Source of the DNA: Eubacteriales bacterium
Lineage (GTDB): Bacteria > Bacillota > Clostridia > Oscillospirales > CAG-272
Length of the DNA: 64,000 nt
Assembly (NCBI GenBank): GCA_045613985.1
Contig: JAZLCA010000064.1
Location: 13,837-77,836 of the forward strand
Direction of reading: 5' to 3'
Positions 1 through 9,901 of the stretch are shown here, in pieces. The notes beneath the pieces were generated by a model, which was not told where the DNA came from, ran no database searches, and saw only the letters and a list, made by a program, of their open reading frames with translations. A program made the position numbers and the translations under genes. Numbering within the stretch: the first letter of the stretch is position 1; every line of letters starts with the position of its first letter.

Positions 1-1070
1 GCATTCATGCGGCCGCTGATTTTCTTTAGGGATATGTCGCCGGAGCCTGCGATGCGAAGGGTTGGATTTCCGGCGGTTTTGGCGGTAATCTCCCCCGCGC
101 CGTTGATCGTGGCGTGCAGATTTTGACCGAGACTGTCTGCGCAAACTTCGCCCGAACCGTTGATTTGAATATTGGACGACCCAAGGACGTCCTTGACTTT
201 GATTTCGCTGCTGCCGTTGATGCGAACCTCCAGCGACTCAAAGCAGGTTGCTCTGACGTCGCCCGAGCCGTTGACGGAAATGTGACCTTCGTCAAACGGA
301 GGCTGAATCTCTACGTCACTGCTGCCGCCGATGGCAATCTGCAAGCGGCGCCCGACGGTGTCGCCCGTATAGACGGTCAGCGTGTTTGGGAGGTGGGAGG
401 AATCCCTGCCGTCGTTGGATTTGACGGCAACGGTCAGCTCGTCCCCTTCCTGCTTTGTTTCGATCAAAGAAATAAAGCGCTCCGTGCCCTCGGCGTGAAT
501 GCGGTATTCGCCCGATTTGCCCGGCAGGACGTTGACCTGCACGTGCGGCGCGTAGGAAATATTCAGATTCAGACTTTGGAAAGGGGAAAAAGCTCCGTCA
601 AGCGTAGTGCTTCGCTCTCCCGCCTTCTGGGAAAGCGGCCAATCGACCACGAGAAAGCGCACCTCTCCCGGACCGCGGTTGACAGCGGTCCGTTCCGAAA
701 GATCGGCTTCACTGCCGTCGGAAAAACGGATGAGGTGTCCTTCGAGTGCGTCCACCGCTTTGTTGGAATAACAGCCGACGGTTCCGTCCTGCCCTGCCAG
801 ACTCATGCCTAGGTACTGCGCGGGAAGCTTAATGGTGTCCCCCTCTTGCGATGCGGGAGTTTCTCCAAACAATTCTCCAATGCTCATGCCCAGCGTTTCT
901 GCGATGGCAGGGAACAAGGTCACGTCGGGCAGTCCCGCGCCCGTTTCCCATTTGGAGATGGCTTGCGGTGTGATGGCGAGGCGTGAGGCAAGCTCGTCTT
1001 GCGTCATGCGGCGGGCGCGTCTGGCGGCCGCGATCCTCTCGCCCAGCTGTTCCATGGAATATTTGCTCAT
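1..1070 (-). CDS. XRE-family HTH protein fused to a periodic beta-strand repeat domain (DUF2807/DUF4097-like); C-terminus lies beyond the window edge
   Basis: Absent from the ORF track because there is no stop inside the window. Hand translation from ATG 1070-1068 (RBS AAAGGAG) stays open to position 3. N-terminus MSKYSMEQLGERIAAARRARRMTQDELASRLAITPQAISKWETGAGLPDV is HTH_3-like. Later repeats read ISVNGSGDV / RINGSSEI / QINGSGEV / TINGAGEI / RIAGSGDI. No TM segment seen. Confidence 0.8.
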   Translation of the reverse strand, partial: MSKYSMEQLGERIAAARRARRMTQDELASRLAITPQAISKWETGAGLPDVTLFPAIAETLGMSIGELFGETPASQEGDTIKLPAQYLGMSLAGQDGTVGCYSNKAVDALEGHLIRFSDGSEADLSERTAVNRGPGEVRFLVVDWPLSQKAGERSTTLDGAFSPFQSLNLNISYAPHVQVNVLPGKSGEYRIHAEGTERFISLIETKQEGDELTVAVKSNDGRDSSHLPNTLTVYTGDTVGRRLQIAIGGSSDVEIQPPFDEGHISVNGSGDVRATCFESLEVRINGSSEIKVKDVLGSSNIQINGSGEVCADSLGQNLHATINGAGEITAKTAGNPTLRIAGSGDISLKKISGRMN

Positions 1071-1108
1071 ATCGTTCTCCTTTTTGCATCGGGTGTGGTA
1101 GTGGCTTT

Positions 1109-1137
1109 ATTATACTTGATTTTTCATCGTTTGACAA
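1109..1137 (-). promoter_or_regulatory. sigma-A-like promoter for the HTH gene (TTGTCA-N17-TATAAT)
   Basis: Minus strand reads TTGTCA (1137-1132), a 17-nt spacer, then TATAAT (1114-1109), about 40 nt upstream of the ATG. Confidence 0.5.
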
Positions 1138-1193
1138 TAACCGCGCAGTTGTTTCGGATCAAAAATTTTTCCGCTCCCATGTATCGGTCCAAC

Positions 1194-1240
1194 CAAAAAA
1201 ACAACGCGGCGTTGATATAACATAACTCAACGCAGCGTTG
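1194..1240 (-). terminator. Rho-independent terminator after the ABC ATPase gene
   Basis: Imperfect 14-bp stem CAACGCGGCGTTGA / TCAACGCAGCGTTG, followed on the minus strand by a T7 run. Confidence 0.6.
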
Positions 1241-1256
1241 TCTTTTGAATGAAAAT

Positions 1257-2081
1257 TTATTCCTCTCCGCCCTCGTATCCCGGCAAAATGCCGTCCAGGC
1301 GGTTGTTCCAGGGACGAAGACGCCCGGCTTCCATTTTGAACACGCGGTCGGCGCGGGCGGCGATGGACAGGTCGTGGGTGACCATGACCAGGGCGCATCC
1401 CAGCTCTTCTCGCGTCTGCAAGAGCAGCTGAAGCACCTCGTCGGCGTTGGCACGGTCCAGGTTTCCCGTCGGCTCGTCGGCAAACAGGATCTGGGGGCGG
1501 TTGATCAGCGCGCGAGCGATGGCCACTCTCTGTTGCTGTCCGCCCGACAATTCGCTTGGCAGGTGGTGCAGACGGTCGGCAATATCCAAGGCGGATACCA
1601 AGTGCTTCAGGTGTTGCTCGTAGGAGATCTCCTCACGGTCGCACATCAGGGTGGGCAGGATGATATTCTCCAGGGCGGTCAACTGGGGAATGAGGTGATG
1701 GCTCTGGAAGATCATGCCAAGGAAATTGCCTCGGAATTCACCCAATTCATCGGCCGTCATATCCTCTAATTTGTAGCCTCGCACCAAAATACTGCCTGAG
1801 TTGGGGCGGTCCAGCCCGGCGCACAGGTGGAGCAGGGTACTTTTACCCGAACCCGACGTGCCAACGATGGCGACGAACTCCCCCGCGAACACCTGCAGAT
1901 TGGCGCGATTGACGGCGGTTACGACCTCATCGTACTGATGATACTGACGGATGACGTCGGTGGTTTGCAGCATCACCTTGCGCCCTTCCACGGTGGGAGC
2001 AAGATCGGCGGTACGATCCTCAATGGATTTTTGCATCATGCGGCGTGCCTTTTCGGCAGCTCTGTCTTTTTTGGGATACAT
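1257..2081 (-). CDS. ABC transporter ATP-binding protein (MacB/LolD-like)
   Basis: Walker [10 protein letters not shown], signature [15 protein letters not shown], Walker [23 protein letters not shown] lies 7 nt upstream. Confidence 0.9.
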   Translation of the reverse strand: MYPKKDRAAEKARRMMQKSIEDRTADLAPTVEGRKVMLQTTDVIRQYHQYDEVVTAVNRANLQVFAGEFVAIVGTSGSGKSTLLHLCAGLDRPNSGSILVRGYKLEDMTADELGEFRGNFLGMIFQSHHLIPQLTALENIILPTLMCDREEISYEQHLKHLVSALDIADRLHHLPSELSGGQQQRVAIARALINRPQILFADEPTGNLDRANADEVLQLLLQTREELGCALVMVTHDLSIAARADRVFKMEAGRLRPWNNRLDGILPGYEGGEE

Positions 2082-2106
2082 AGCATAGCTCCTTTCGTCG
2101 GTTGGG

Positions 2107-4374
2107 TCATTGTCCTGCCATCAGGGAGGTGGCGCGGTCGCGGTTTCGGATGCGGAAGGAAAGACCTGAGGCAAGGGGTGGGATCAGGGCGCATAAAAGC
2201 GACACACCGCCCGCGAGCAGGAGAGCTTCCCACGGGACACCGGCATCCAGCACCACCGCATCCATAAAGCCCAGGGCGGGCAGATAGCGATTGAACAGCG
2301 AGAAGACGAGACGGTGTCCGATCAGCATGGCGGGCAGGCAAAGGGCGAGGAACAAAAGTGCCTCGGCGCAGCCCGACATAAGAGACGAGCGGAGCAGTTG
2401 CCCTGACGTCGCGCCCAGCGCCCGCAGCATTTGCCATTCGCTCTCGCGCTTTTTGTAAAACACCAGCTGAGAGAAAACGGATATCAGGGGCATCATGATC
2501 AAAAATCCGGCGGCCAGCAGCTTCATCCGTCCTTCCATGTTGGACAGCGATGCCAGATAACGGTCGAAAAAGACGTCGTGGTCGGTGACGCTACAGCTGT
2601 AATAGTCGAAGCCTGCGGCGTACACAGCCTTCGACACCTGCTCCCAGGTGGCAAAATCGGCATCGCTTTGCAGATAAACGTCGGTCGAATAGCGGATGGG
2701 AGTCTCGGCAGTCAAGGCCTCGTACTGCCCGAAATTGACACCGAACAACAGCTTGGCATCCGGGGTGACGTCGCAAATCACAGCACCGACGGTGAACTCT
2801 TCGTAAGCAAAGGTACCGCTTTCCAGCTGGAACTGAAGGGTTCGCATATCATCGACAACGATACCCTCCACCTCGGCATCCACTGCCGAGACGGCAACAA
2901 GGATCTTGTCGCCCACCGAAAAATCAAACATGGCGGTGCTGTTGACGGATTCGCTGATGAGAATGGTGTGATCGTCCGAAAGGACAGAGTAGGGATCGCC
3001 CTCGACGTTGGGATACCGGGTCAGCAGAGCCCGGATCGCGGCCTCGTCCAATGCGGTGTAAGAATACGCGTTGGTGGCGGCGTGATAGCCCTGTGCGGCG
3101 GCACCGCCGTCGTAATAAACGCTGACAGAGGAGTGCGCGGCGTTGCGATCGGTCAGTAGCATATGTCCGCACACGGCGGTGGCATCGTACGCCAGAGCCT
3201 CGGGCAAGCACAGGGAGATGCCAGGAACGTCCGAAAGACGGTCAGCCAGCGCGGCGGTGTTTTCGTTGAGCGTCTCGGCGTCAACCACGGAGGGATGGAA
3301 GGTCAGGGTAAAATCGGGGGCGGGGGAGGGATGTCTTTGCTCGTAGATATTGGCGATGGTCAAGGCGGCGACGAACAGCACGGGCAGAAGCACGGTGGGA
3401 ATGAGCAACCATGCAAAATAGCGGCGGTAGCGCCACAGACTGAGCAATTCAAAATCGCGGGGGAAGGCGGCTCCGAAAATGCGGCGGGAGCGGCGGGGAG
3501 ACACCACGTGGTTGCTGTTATCACGCGCCCGCAACAGCTCCACCGGTGTCTTTTTTGACAGACGACGCATGGGGAGCTTGACGGCGGTGAGAATGGTCAA
3601 GGCGACAAACAGGGCAACCATGAAGGGAACGATGGGGGCCGTGGCAGGGAACACGCCCCGCGTGGCGTACAAAAGGACGGTCAGACCGCCGCCCAAAAGC
3701 AGGGCGGGGACGAAGGCGAGCGCCGCCAAAACGGCCAATTCGCCGCAGCTTTTGCGATACAAACGGCGATAGCCGGCGCCGCAGGTCATGCAGATGGCGT
3801 AGTCGAAGGTGTCACGGTCCAGGCGCATACGGTACAACTGGATCAGCCAGAAAACGGATAGACCAAACACGACGAGCGTGGCAAGAGTAACGAAGACGAG
3901 AATGTCGGGCAGATATTCCGTTTTGTAGTCGTACAGAGGGGAGTATCCCACCTCTAATCCCTCGATCCCGTGGCGGTAGAGAAAGTTCTCGGCTGCGATA
4001 CGGCGGGTGATCCCCTTCAGGGTTATGTAGGCGTTATAACTGCCGTCCGACATCTTCTCGTAGCGGATGGCAGAATAGGCGGCAGATTTGAGGACGGCTG
4101 CCGGCTCGGTGCCGCAATCATTATAGAGCTGAACGTATTGGGGCTGTGTCATGCCGCGGTATTCCAACTCGTAATCGTAGGTCTCGGTCACCGTTCTTCG
4201 TACGGTGGCAAGATCGGTCGCCGCCGACATAAACAGAACGGTGTACAGTGTTTGGACGATAAGAAGCGCTAACAGAAAGGCGATATGTGACGAAAGGTTA
4301 TGGAGCAGAGTGTCAAAAGCACCGCGTTTGGCTTTTCTTGCGGTTTCTTTTTGGGGGACGTCGCGTTGGGGCAT
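2107..4374 (-). CDS. ABC transporter permease, FtsX/MacB family, with large extracytoplasmic regions
   Basis: 755 aa with multiple TM segments and a C-terminal FtsX-like 4-TM block. Sits immediately upstream of the ATPase gene. RBS AAGGAGG. Confidence 0.8.
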   Translation of the reverse strand: MPQRDVPQKETARKAKRGAFDTLLHNLSSHIAFLLALLIVQTLYTVLFMSAATDLATVRRTVTETYDYELEYRGMTQPQYVQLYNDCGTEPAAVLKSAAYSAIRYEKMSDGSYNAYITLKGITRRIAAENFLYRHGIEGLEVGYSPLYDYKTEYLPDILVFVTLATLVVFGLSVFWLIQLYRMRLDRDTFDYAICMTCGAGYRRLYRKSCGELAVLAALAFVPALLLGGGLTVLLYATRGVFPATAPIVPFMVALFVALTILTAVKLPMRRLSKKTPVELLRARDNSNHVVSPRRSRRIFGAAFPRDFELLSLWRYRRYFAWLLIPTVLLPVLFVAALTIANIYEQRHPSPAPDFTLTFHPSVVDAETLNENTAALADRLSDVPGISLCLPEALAYDATAVCGHMLLTDRNAAHSSVSVYYDGGAAAQGYHAATNAYSYTALDEAAIRALLTRYPNVEGDPYSVLSDDHTILISESVNSTAMFDFSVGDKILVAVSAVDAEVEGIVVDDMRTLQFQLESGTFAYEEFTVGAVICDVTPDAKLLFGVNFGQYEALTAETPIRYSTDVYLQSDADFATWEQVSKAVYAAGFDYYSCSVTDHDVFFDRYLASLSNMEGRMKLLAAGFLIMMPLISVFSQLVFYKKRESEWQMLRALGATSGQLLRSSLMSGCAEALLFLALCLPAMLIGHRLVFSLFNRYLPALGFMDAVVLDAGVPWEALLLAGGVSLLCALIPPLASGLSFRIRNRDRATSLMAGQ

Positions 4375-4709
4375 ACCTTACCTCCTTGTCGTTTACCGTA
4401 TATAACACGATCACTGCATCCATTATAACACGACTTGTGTACCATTGCAATATTTTTTTGTGAACCGAGGGACTCTTTTGCCCCGCGATTTGCATCAAAT
4501 GCGGCACAGACTTTCAATTCTCGCTCTTCATAAGGGGGGAAACCAGCTTGGGAGAAAAGAGAATGTGAACAGTTTGTAACCTTTTTGAAAGATACTTGAA
4601 AAAAAGCGCAGATTGTAGTATTATATAAACTGGGGAACGATTGGGGCATTTTTGCCTCGACGTGACAATCGAAATCTTAAATTTTACATAATAAAGAGAG
4701 GAAAACACC

Positions 4710-6497
4710 ATGACCAAGAATCAGTACGTTCTTTCCTGGATCGAAGAGATGTCTGCGATGACGCAGCCCGATCAGATCGTTTGGATCGACGGCTCCGAGG
4801 AACAGGCAGAGGCCCTTCGCGCCGAGGCTTGCTCGACGGGCGAAATGATCAAGCTCAATCAGGAAAAGCTGCCCGGTTGCTATCTGCACCGCACTGCTGT
4901 CAACGACGTAGCTCGCGTTGAAGGCAGAACCTTCATCTGCACCTCCAAGAAAGAGGACGCAGGTAATATCAACAACTGGATGGATCCTGCCGAGTGCAAG
5001 GAGAAGCTGTCCAAGCTGTATCGCGGCTCCATGAAGGGCCGTACCATGTACGTCATTCCTTACTCCATGTCCGTCGTTGGCTCTCCCTTCGCTAAGTACG
5101 GCATCGAGCTGACCGACTCTATCTACGTCGTTCTGAACATGCTCATCATGACCCGCGTTGGTACCGACGTTCTGGAAGCTCTGGGCGACAGCGCTGACTA
5201 CATCAAGGGTCTGCACGCTCGCGCTGATATCGACGAGGAGAACCGTTACATCGTTCACTTCCCCGAAGAGAACACCATCTGGTCGGTCAACTCCGGCTAC
5301 GGCGGAAACGTTCTGCTGGGTAAGAAGTGCTTCGCTCTGCGTATCGCTTCCTATCTGGGCCGCAAAGAGGGCTGGATGGCTGAGCATATGCTTATTTTGG
5401 GCGTTGAGTTCCCGAACGGTGAGACCAAGTACATCACGGCCGCTTTCCCTTCCGCTTGCGGTAAGACCAACCTGGCAATGCTGATTCCTCCCGAAGTATA
5501 TGCAAAGCAGGGTTACAAGGTATGGTGTGTCGGTGACGATATTGCTTGGCTGCGTGTCGGTGAGGACGGCAGACTTTGGGCCGTCAACCCCGAGAACGGC
5601 TTCTTTGGCGTTGCTCCCGGTACGAACCTCAACTCCAACCCCAACGCTCTGTACACGACCATGAAGAATACCATCTTCACCAACGTCGTTCACAACACGG
5701 CTGAGAACACCGTTTGGTGGGAAGGTCTGGACAAGAATCCTCCCCAGCCCGGTAACGCAATCGACTGGAAGGGCAATCCTTGGGACTGCACCAAGTACGA
5801 CAAGAAGGATAAGTCCACCTGCGGCGCACATCCCAACTCCCGCTTCACTGCAATGGCAACCAACTGCCCCTGCATCTCCAGCGAGTTTGCGAACCCCGCC
5901 GGCGTTCCCGTCTCTGCTATCGTCTTCGGCGGCCGCAGAGCAAGGACCGCTCCCCTGGTATATCAGTCCACCTCTTGGCAGAACGGTGCCTTCGTCGGTT
6001 CCATCATGGCGTCTGAGACGACCGCTGCGGCAGCTGGTGCTGTCGGTGTCGTTCGCCGCGACCCCATGGCAATGCGTCCCTTCGTTGGCTACGACATGGG
6101 TGACTACTGGGCACACTGGCTCGCTATGGGTACCCGCATTCCCAATCCTCCCAAGATCTTCCACGTTAACTGGTTCCGTACCGATGACGAGGGCAACTTC
6201 ATCTGGCCCGGCTTCGGTGACAACATGCGCGTCCTGATGTGGATCCTGGCTCGTTGCGAGGGTAAGGTAGATGCAGATATCACGCCCATCGGTTATGTTC
6301 CCAAGGCAGAGGGTATCAACATTGAGGGCCTGTCCGACGTGACCATTGATACGATCCGTGAGCTGTTGACGGTTGACAATGCGTCTTGGCTGGAAGATAT
6401 CAAGAATATCAAGGACTTCTACGCACAGGTAGGCGAGAGAGTTCCTCAGGCTATGTACGACGAGCTTGCAGCACTGGAAGCAAGACTGTCGAAGTAA
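4710..6497 (+). CDS. pckG: Phosphoenolpyruvate carboxykinase (GTP)
   Basis: 595 aa with GTP-PEPCK hallmarks: FPSACGKTNLAML kinase-1a, WVGDDIAW-like CVGDDIAWL, HPNSRFT, NWFR. RBS AGAGAGGAAAA. Confidence 0.95.
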   Translation: MTKNQYVLSWIEEMSAMTQPDQIVWIDGSEEQAEALRAEACSTGEMIKLNQEKLPGCYLHRTAVNDVARVEGRTFICTSKKEDAGNINNWMDPAECKEKLSKLYRGSMKGRTMYVIPYSMSVVGSPFAKYGIELTDSIYVVLNMLIMTRVGTDVLEALGDSADYIKGLHARADIDEENRYIVHFPEENTIWSVNSGYGGNVLLGKKCFALRIASYLGRKEGWMAEHMLILGVEFPNGETKYITAAFPSACGKTNLAMLIPPEVYAKQGYKVWCVGDDIAWLRVGEDGRLWAVNPENGFFGVAPGTNLNSNPNALYTTMKNTIFTNVVHNTAENTVWWEGLDKNPPQPGNAIDWKGNPWDCTKYDKKDKSTCGAHPNSRFTAMATNCPCISSEFANPAGVPVSAIVFGGRRARTAPLVYQSTSWQNGAFVGSIMASETTAAAAGAVGVVRRDPMAMRPFVGYDMGDYWAHWLAMGTRIPNPPKIFHVNWFRTDDEGNFIWPGFGDNMRVLMWILARCEGKVDADITPIGYVPKAEGINIEGLSDVTIDTIRELLTVDNASWLEDIKNIKDFYAQVGERVPQAMYDELAALEARLSK

Positions 6498-6509
6498 GAG
6501 AAAATATTT

Positions 6510-6546
6510 CGAGGCGAGTTTCAAACGAAACTCGCCTCGGTTTTTG
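6510..6546 (+). terminator. Rho-independent terminator of pckG
   Basis: Perfect 13-bp stem CGAGGCGAGTTTC/GAAACTCGCCTCG, loop AAAC, then G+T5. Confidence 0.85.
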
Positions 6547-6547
6547 T

Positions 6548-6700
6548 TTGGGATTGATTTTTAAACGACTTCGTGTACGGGCTCGCACAGCTTCGCGCGC
6601 TCGCAAAAAGCAAATGGCCCGTTCTTTGCCGCGCGGCAAAGAATGAACACGAAAATCGGAACAGATCAGCGCGCGGCACAGCCGCGCAGTATGATCGTCA
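6548..6700. repeat. Short copy of a mosaic hairpin intergenic repeat (related to 9902-10280 in inverted order)
   Basis: Shares TTTTTGTTTGG..TTTTTA(A/C)A..ACTTCGT, GCGCGAAGCTGT (rc), CGCGCTGATCTGTTC..GTTCATTCTTTGCCGC (rc) and GACGATCATA (rc) with 9902-10280. Contains the perfect palindrome TTCTTTGCCGCGCGGCAAAGAA (6622-6643). Confidence 0.6.
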
Positions 6701-6727
6701 AAAGAAGAAGGTATGAAAAATCCAGCT

Positions 6728-6769
6728 AAACAAAACCCCCGCCGTGGCGATCAAACCGCCACGGCGGGG
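6728..6769 (-). terminator. Rho-independent terminator of the topoisomerase B-like gene
   Basis: 13-bp GC-rich stem CCCCGCCGTGGCG/CGCCACGGCGGGG, followed on the minus strand by TTTTGTTT. Confidence 0.8.
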
Positions 6770-6778
6770 TGCTTTTCG

Positions 6779-8842
6779 TTAAATATCCGCGTCTTTGATA
6801 TACATATTACCGTACTTGGCAATAAACTCCTTACGTGCCGGCAGATTGTTGCCCAGCAGCGTGTCGAAAATCTCCTCCGTTGCTTTTTCGTCGGCGGGAG
6901 AAACCAGCACCAAGCGTCGCGTCGCGGGGTTCATGGTGGTTTCAGACATCATGGTCGCTGTGTTCTCACCCAGACCCTTGGAGCGCTGAAGCGTATACTT
7001 TTTGCCCTCCAGCTTTTTGACGATCTGAGCTCGCTCAAACTCGTCGTATGCGAAATATGTCTTATCCTTGCAGGTGATTTCAAACAGAGGTGTTTCGGCA
7101 ATGTAGATCTTCTTTTCCTTGATCAGCGTGGGAAGCAGACGGTAGAATAGCGTCAGCAGCAGAGTGCGGATCTGGAAGCCGTCCTCATCCGCATCGGTAC
7201 AGATGATGATCTTGGACCAACGCAACGCCGACAGATCAAAGGCAACCATGTCCGTTTTGACCTTTTTGTGGCCCGTCAGCTCGACACCGCAGCCGATGAC
7301 GCGCAATAGGTCGGTAATGATCTCGCTCTTGAAGATCTGCTCATAGTCAGCTTTCATACAGTTGAGCGTCTTACCGCGCACGGGAATGACGGCCTGGAAC
7401 TCGGAATCGCGGCCCAGCTTGACCGAGGTCAATGCCGAGTCACCCTCTACGATGTACAACTCGCGCACGTTGGGATCCTTGGAACGGCAGTTGACGAACT
7501 TTTCGACACGGTTGGTCACGTCAATGGTGCCGCTGAGCTTCTTTTTGATGTTGATACGAGCGCTCTCGGCTTCTTCGCGGCTGCGCTTGTTGACCAGTAC
7601 CTGCGCCGCAAATACGTCGGCGGCGGTGGGGTTTTCAATAAAGTAGATCTCAAGCTGCTTTTTGAGGAAGTCGGTCATGGCCTCGTAGATAAACGAGTTG
7701 TTGATGGCCTTTTTGGTCTGGTTCTCGTAAGAGGTCAACGTCGAGAAGGAGTTGATGACCAGCGCCAGACAATCCGAGACGTCCTGGAAGGTGATCTTGG
7801 ATTCGTTCTTGTTGTATTTGCCCGCGGTCTTGAGATAGCGGTCAAGCGCATAGACGAAGGCGACCTTGACGGCGCGGTCGGGCGAGCCGCCGTGCTCCAA
7901 AAAGCTTGAGTTGTGGTAGTATTCCAGCATTTTGACGGTGTTGGATACGCAGAAGGTAAAGTCGGCCTTGAGGCGGTAGGTGGGTTTGTCCTCGCGGTCG
8001 CGGCCTTGCGTCTCCAGATGCCATTGCACGGGAGCGGTCAGGGCGGCCGAGCCTACCTGCTCGGTAATATAGTCGGAAATGCCGTTTTGATACAGATAGG
8101 AGGACTCCTCAAAGGTGCCGTCCTCTTTTTCAATGCGCAATTCAAACCGCACGCCGGGGTTGACGATGGACTGGCGGCGCATGGTCTCAATGAAAAACTC
8201 GTGGGGAATGGCGATGTCGGTGAATACGTCCAGGTCGGGCAGCCAGTGCTGGACCGTACCCGTCCGCTTTTCGCTTGTCTTGAGCTTGCGGGTGGTCAGG
8301 TTGCCCTTGACCTCGCCCTTTTCAAAGTGAATGGAATATTCGTTGGTGCCGTCGTAAGAATAGACGTGCATAAATTGCGAAGAATACTGTGTTGCGCAAG
8401 CACCCAGACCGTTCAGACCGAGCGAATACTCGTAGGCACCGCCTTCGTTGTTGTTGTCATACTTACCGCCGGCGTACAATTCACAGTAAATAAGATCCCA
8501 GTTCCAGCGTCCCTCGGCCTTGTTGTAGCCCAACGGCACACCGCGGCCGTGGTCGTCGACCGTGATGGGATGATCCTTCCATGCCGTGACGGCAATGACG
8601 TCGCCGTTGCCCTCACGCGCCTCGTCCACCGAGTTGGACAGGATCTCGAAGAAAGCGTGCTCGCAGCCCTCCAGACCGTCCGAACCGAAAATAACGGCGG
8701 GACGCTTGCGGACACGATCGGCACCCTTGAGGGATTTGATACTGCTGTTATCGTATTTCGCGTTGTCTGCCGCTTCGGGGGCAGGTGGCGGGGTGACGAT
8801 GCTGAGCTGTTCGATATCGTTTTCCGTTTTCTTTTTTGCCAT
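6779..8842 (-). CDS. Type IIA DNA topoisomerase subunit B (divergent GyrB/ParE-like)
   Basis: 687 aa. Has a GHKL ATPase region (EILSNSVDEA, DDHGRGVP, GLNGLGA), a TOPRIM region (ELYIVEGDSA, ICTDADEDG) and a C-terminal QRSKGLGE. No A-subunit gene is adjacent. Confidence 0.85.
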   Translation of the reverse strand: MAKKKTENDIEQLSIVTPPPAPEAADNAKYDNSSIKSLKGADRVRKRPAVIFGSDGLEGCEHAFFEILSNSVDEAREGNGDVIAVTAWKDHPITVDDHGRGVPLGYNKAEGRWNWDLIYCELYAGGKYDNNNEGGAYEYSLGLNGLGACATQYSSQFMHVYSYDGTNEYSIHFEKGEVKGNLTTRKLKTSEKRTGTVQHWLPDLDVFTDIAIPHEFFIETMRRQSIVNPGVRFELRIEKEDGTFEESSYLYQNGISDYITEQVGSAALTAPVQWHLETQGRDREDKPTYRLKADFTFCVSNTVKMLEYYHNSSFLEHGGSPDRAVKVAFVYALDRYLKTAGKYNKNESKITFQDVSDCLALVINSFSTLTSYENQTKKAINNSFIYEAMTDFLKKQLEIYFIENPTAADVFAAQVLVNKRSREEAESARINIKKKLSGTIDVTNRVEKFVNCRSKDPNVRELYIVEGDSALTSVKLGRDSEFQAVIPVRGKTLNCMKADYEQIFKSEIITDLLRVIGCGVELTGHKKVKTDMVAFDLSALRWSKIIICTDADEDGFQIRTLLLTLFYRLLPTLIKEKKIYIAETPLFEITCKDKTYFAYDEFERAQIVKKLEGKKYTLQRSKGLGENTATMMSETTMNPATRRLVLVSPADEKATEEIFDTLLGNNLPARKEFIAKYGNMYIKDADI

Positions 8843-8879
8843 AATATCCTCTGTATATAATGTAAATTGATTTCAAAAA

Positions 8880-9881
8880 TTAAAGCACGTCGCGGGCGTA
8901 GACCAGATGAGTCCGGATGCGGTCGGTTGCGGATTCGTCAATCTCAAAGATGCGGGCGCAACGGGAGTGGTCGGCCTCGGTGCCGCGGAAGCCGATGGCA
9001 CCGTCAAAGCACAGCTTGACGCCGCAATAATCGGCGGCGAAATTATCCTCATGCATATGACCGCTGACGATGGTGCGAACGTCGCCGCGTTGCAGAACGG
9101 TCGCAAAAAGGCCCGAATTGAGCGATCCCGAAAACAGCGTCTCGGGCATTTCCCCCTCAAGAGAGGTGCGCTCGGGATTTTTCATGCAGATGCCGAACTC
9201 CAATATAGGAGCGTGCATGAGCATCAGGGCGTTCACGGGAGAGCCGTTGTAGGCTTCCAATGCCTCGGAGGTATCGTAGTACCAACGGAGCTGATTGAAG
9301 CGGATAAAGTCCCAGTGACTGGTGCCGTAGGGCAGGTTGGGTGCCTGATGGGCGTAGCGCAGATTGAGATTGTCGCGCAGTGTTTGACCGTCGGACAAAT
9401 TGTGCGTGTCTAGTCCCCAAACGGCAAAGGCGATTTTTTCTCCGCTTGACGAGCGGATGGGCAAAAGGAAGTTGGACACGCCGTCGATGCCGGAGCCGGT
9501 GTGGTTGGATACACAGTTGGGGTAGGACTCAAACACCGACTGCATGAGCCTGCGATCCATGAGCATGTCATGGTCGTGGTTGCCGTATACGTGTGCCCAC
9601 GGGATGCTTCGTTGCTCCATGGGAGAAGTGAATATATCCAGAAATTCACGCAGCTGTTCGACCGTCGCCTCGGGTACCTCGTTCCAGATGTCGCCGCCGA
9701 GAAGGACCAGATCGGGCTGCTCTTTCTCGATCACGCGGTGCATGGCGGCCAGGGTGTTGGGGTGAAAGTCGGCCGTTTGATGCAGGTCGGAAAAGCAGCA
9801 GATCTTAAAGCTGCCGTCCAAGCGGAATTGGAGATTCTTTTTGGGGGTGATATAAGGTTTTAACAAGTCGGGTGTGGACAT
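8880..9881 (-). CDS. Metallophosphoesterase (calcineurin-like)
   Basis: Motifs FSDLH, GGDIWNE, GNHDHD and SGHMHE. Confidence 0.85.
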   Translation of the reverse strand: MSTPDLLKPYITPKKNLQFRLDGSFKICCFSDLHQTADFHPNTLAAMHRVIEKEQPDLVLLGGDIWNEVPEATVEQLREFLDIFTSPMEQRSIPWAHVYGNHDHDMLMDRRLMQSVFESYPNCVSNHTGSGIDGVSNFLLPIRSSSGEKIAFAVWGLDTHNLSDGQTLRDNLNLRYAHQAPNLPYGTSHWDFIRFNQLRWYYDTSEALEAYNGSPVNALMLMHAPILEFGICMKNPERTSLEGEMPETLFSGSLNSGLFATVLQRGDVRTIVSGHMHEDNFAADYCGVKLCFDGAIGFRGTEADHSRCARIFEIDESATDRIRTHLVYARDVL

Positions 9882-9901
9882 GGTGGCACCTCGGGGGGAT
9901 G

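Noticed and set aside
114-812. A 232-aa plus-strand ORF at the left edge of the window.
   Set aside because: It is antisense to the hand-verified HTH/beta-repeat CDS (1-1070, minus strand), which has a clear HTH motif, an RBS and a promoter. The plus-strand product has no recognisable features.
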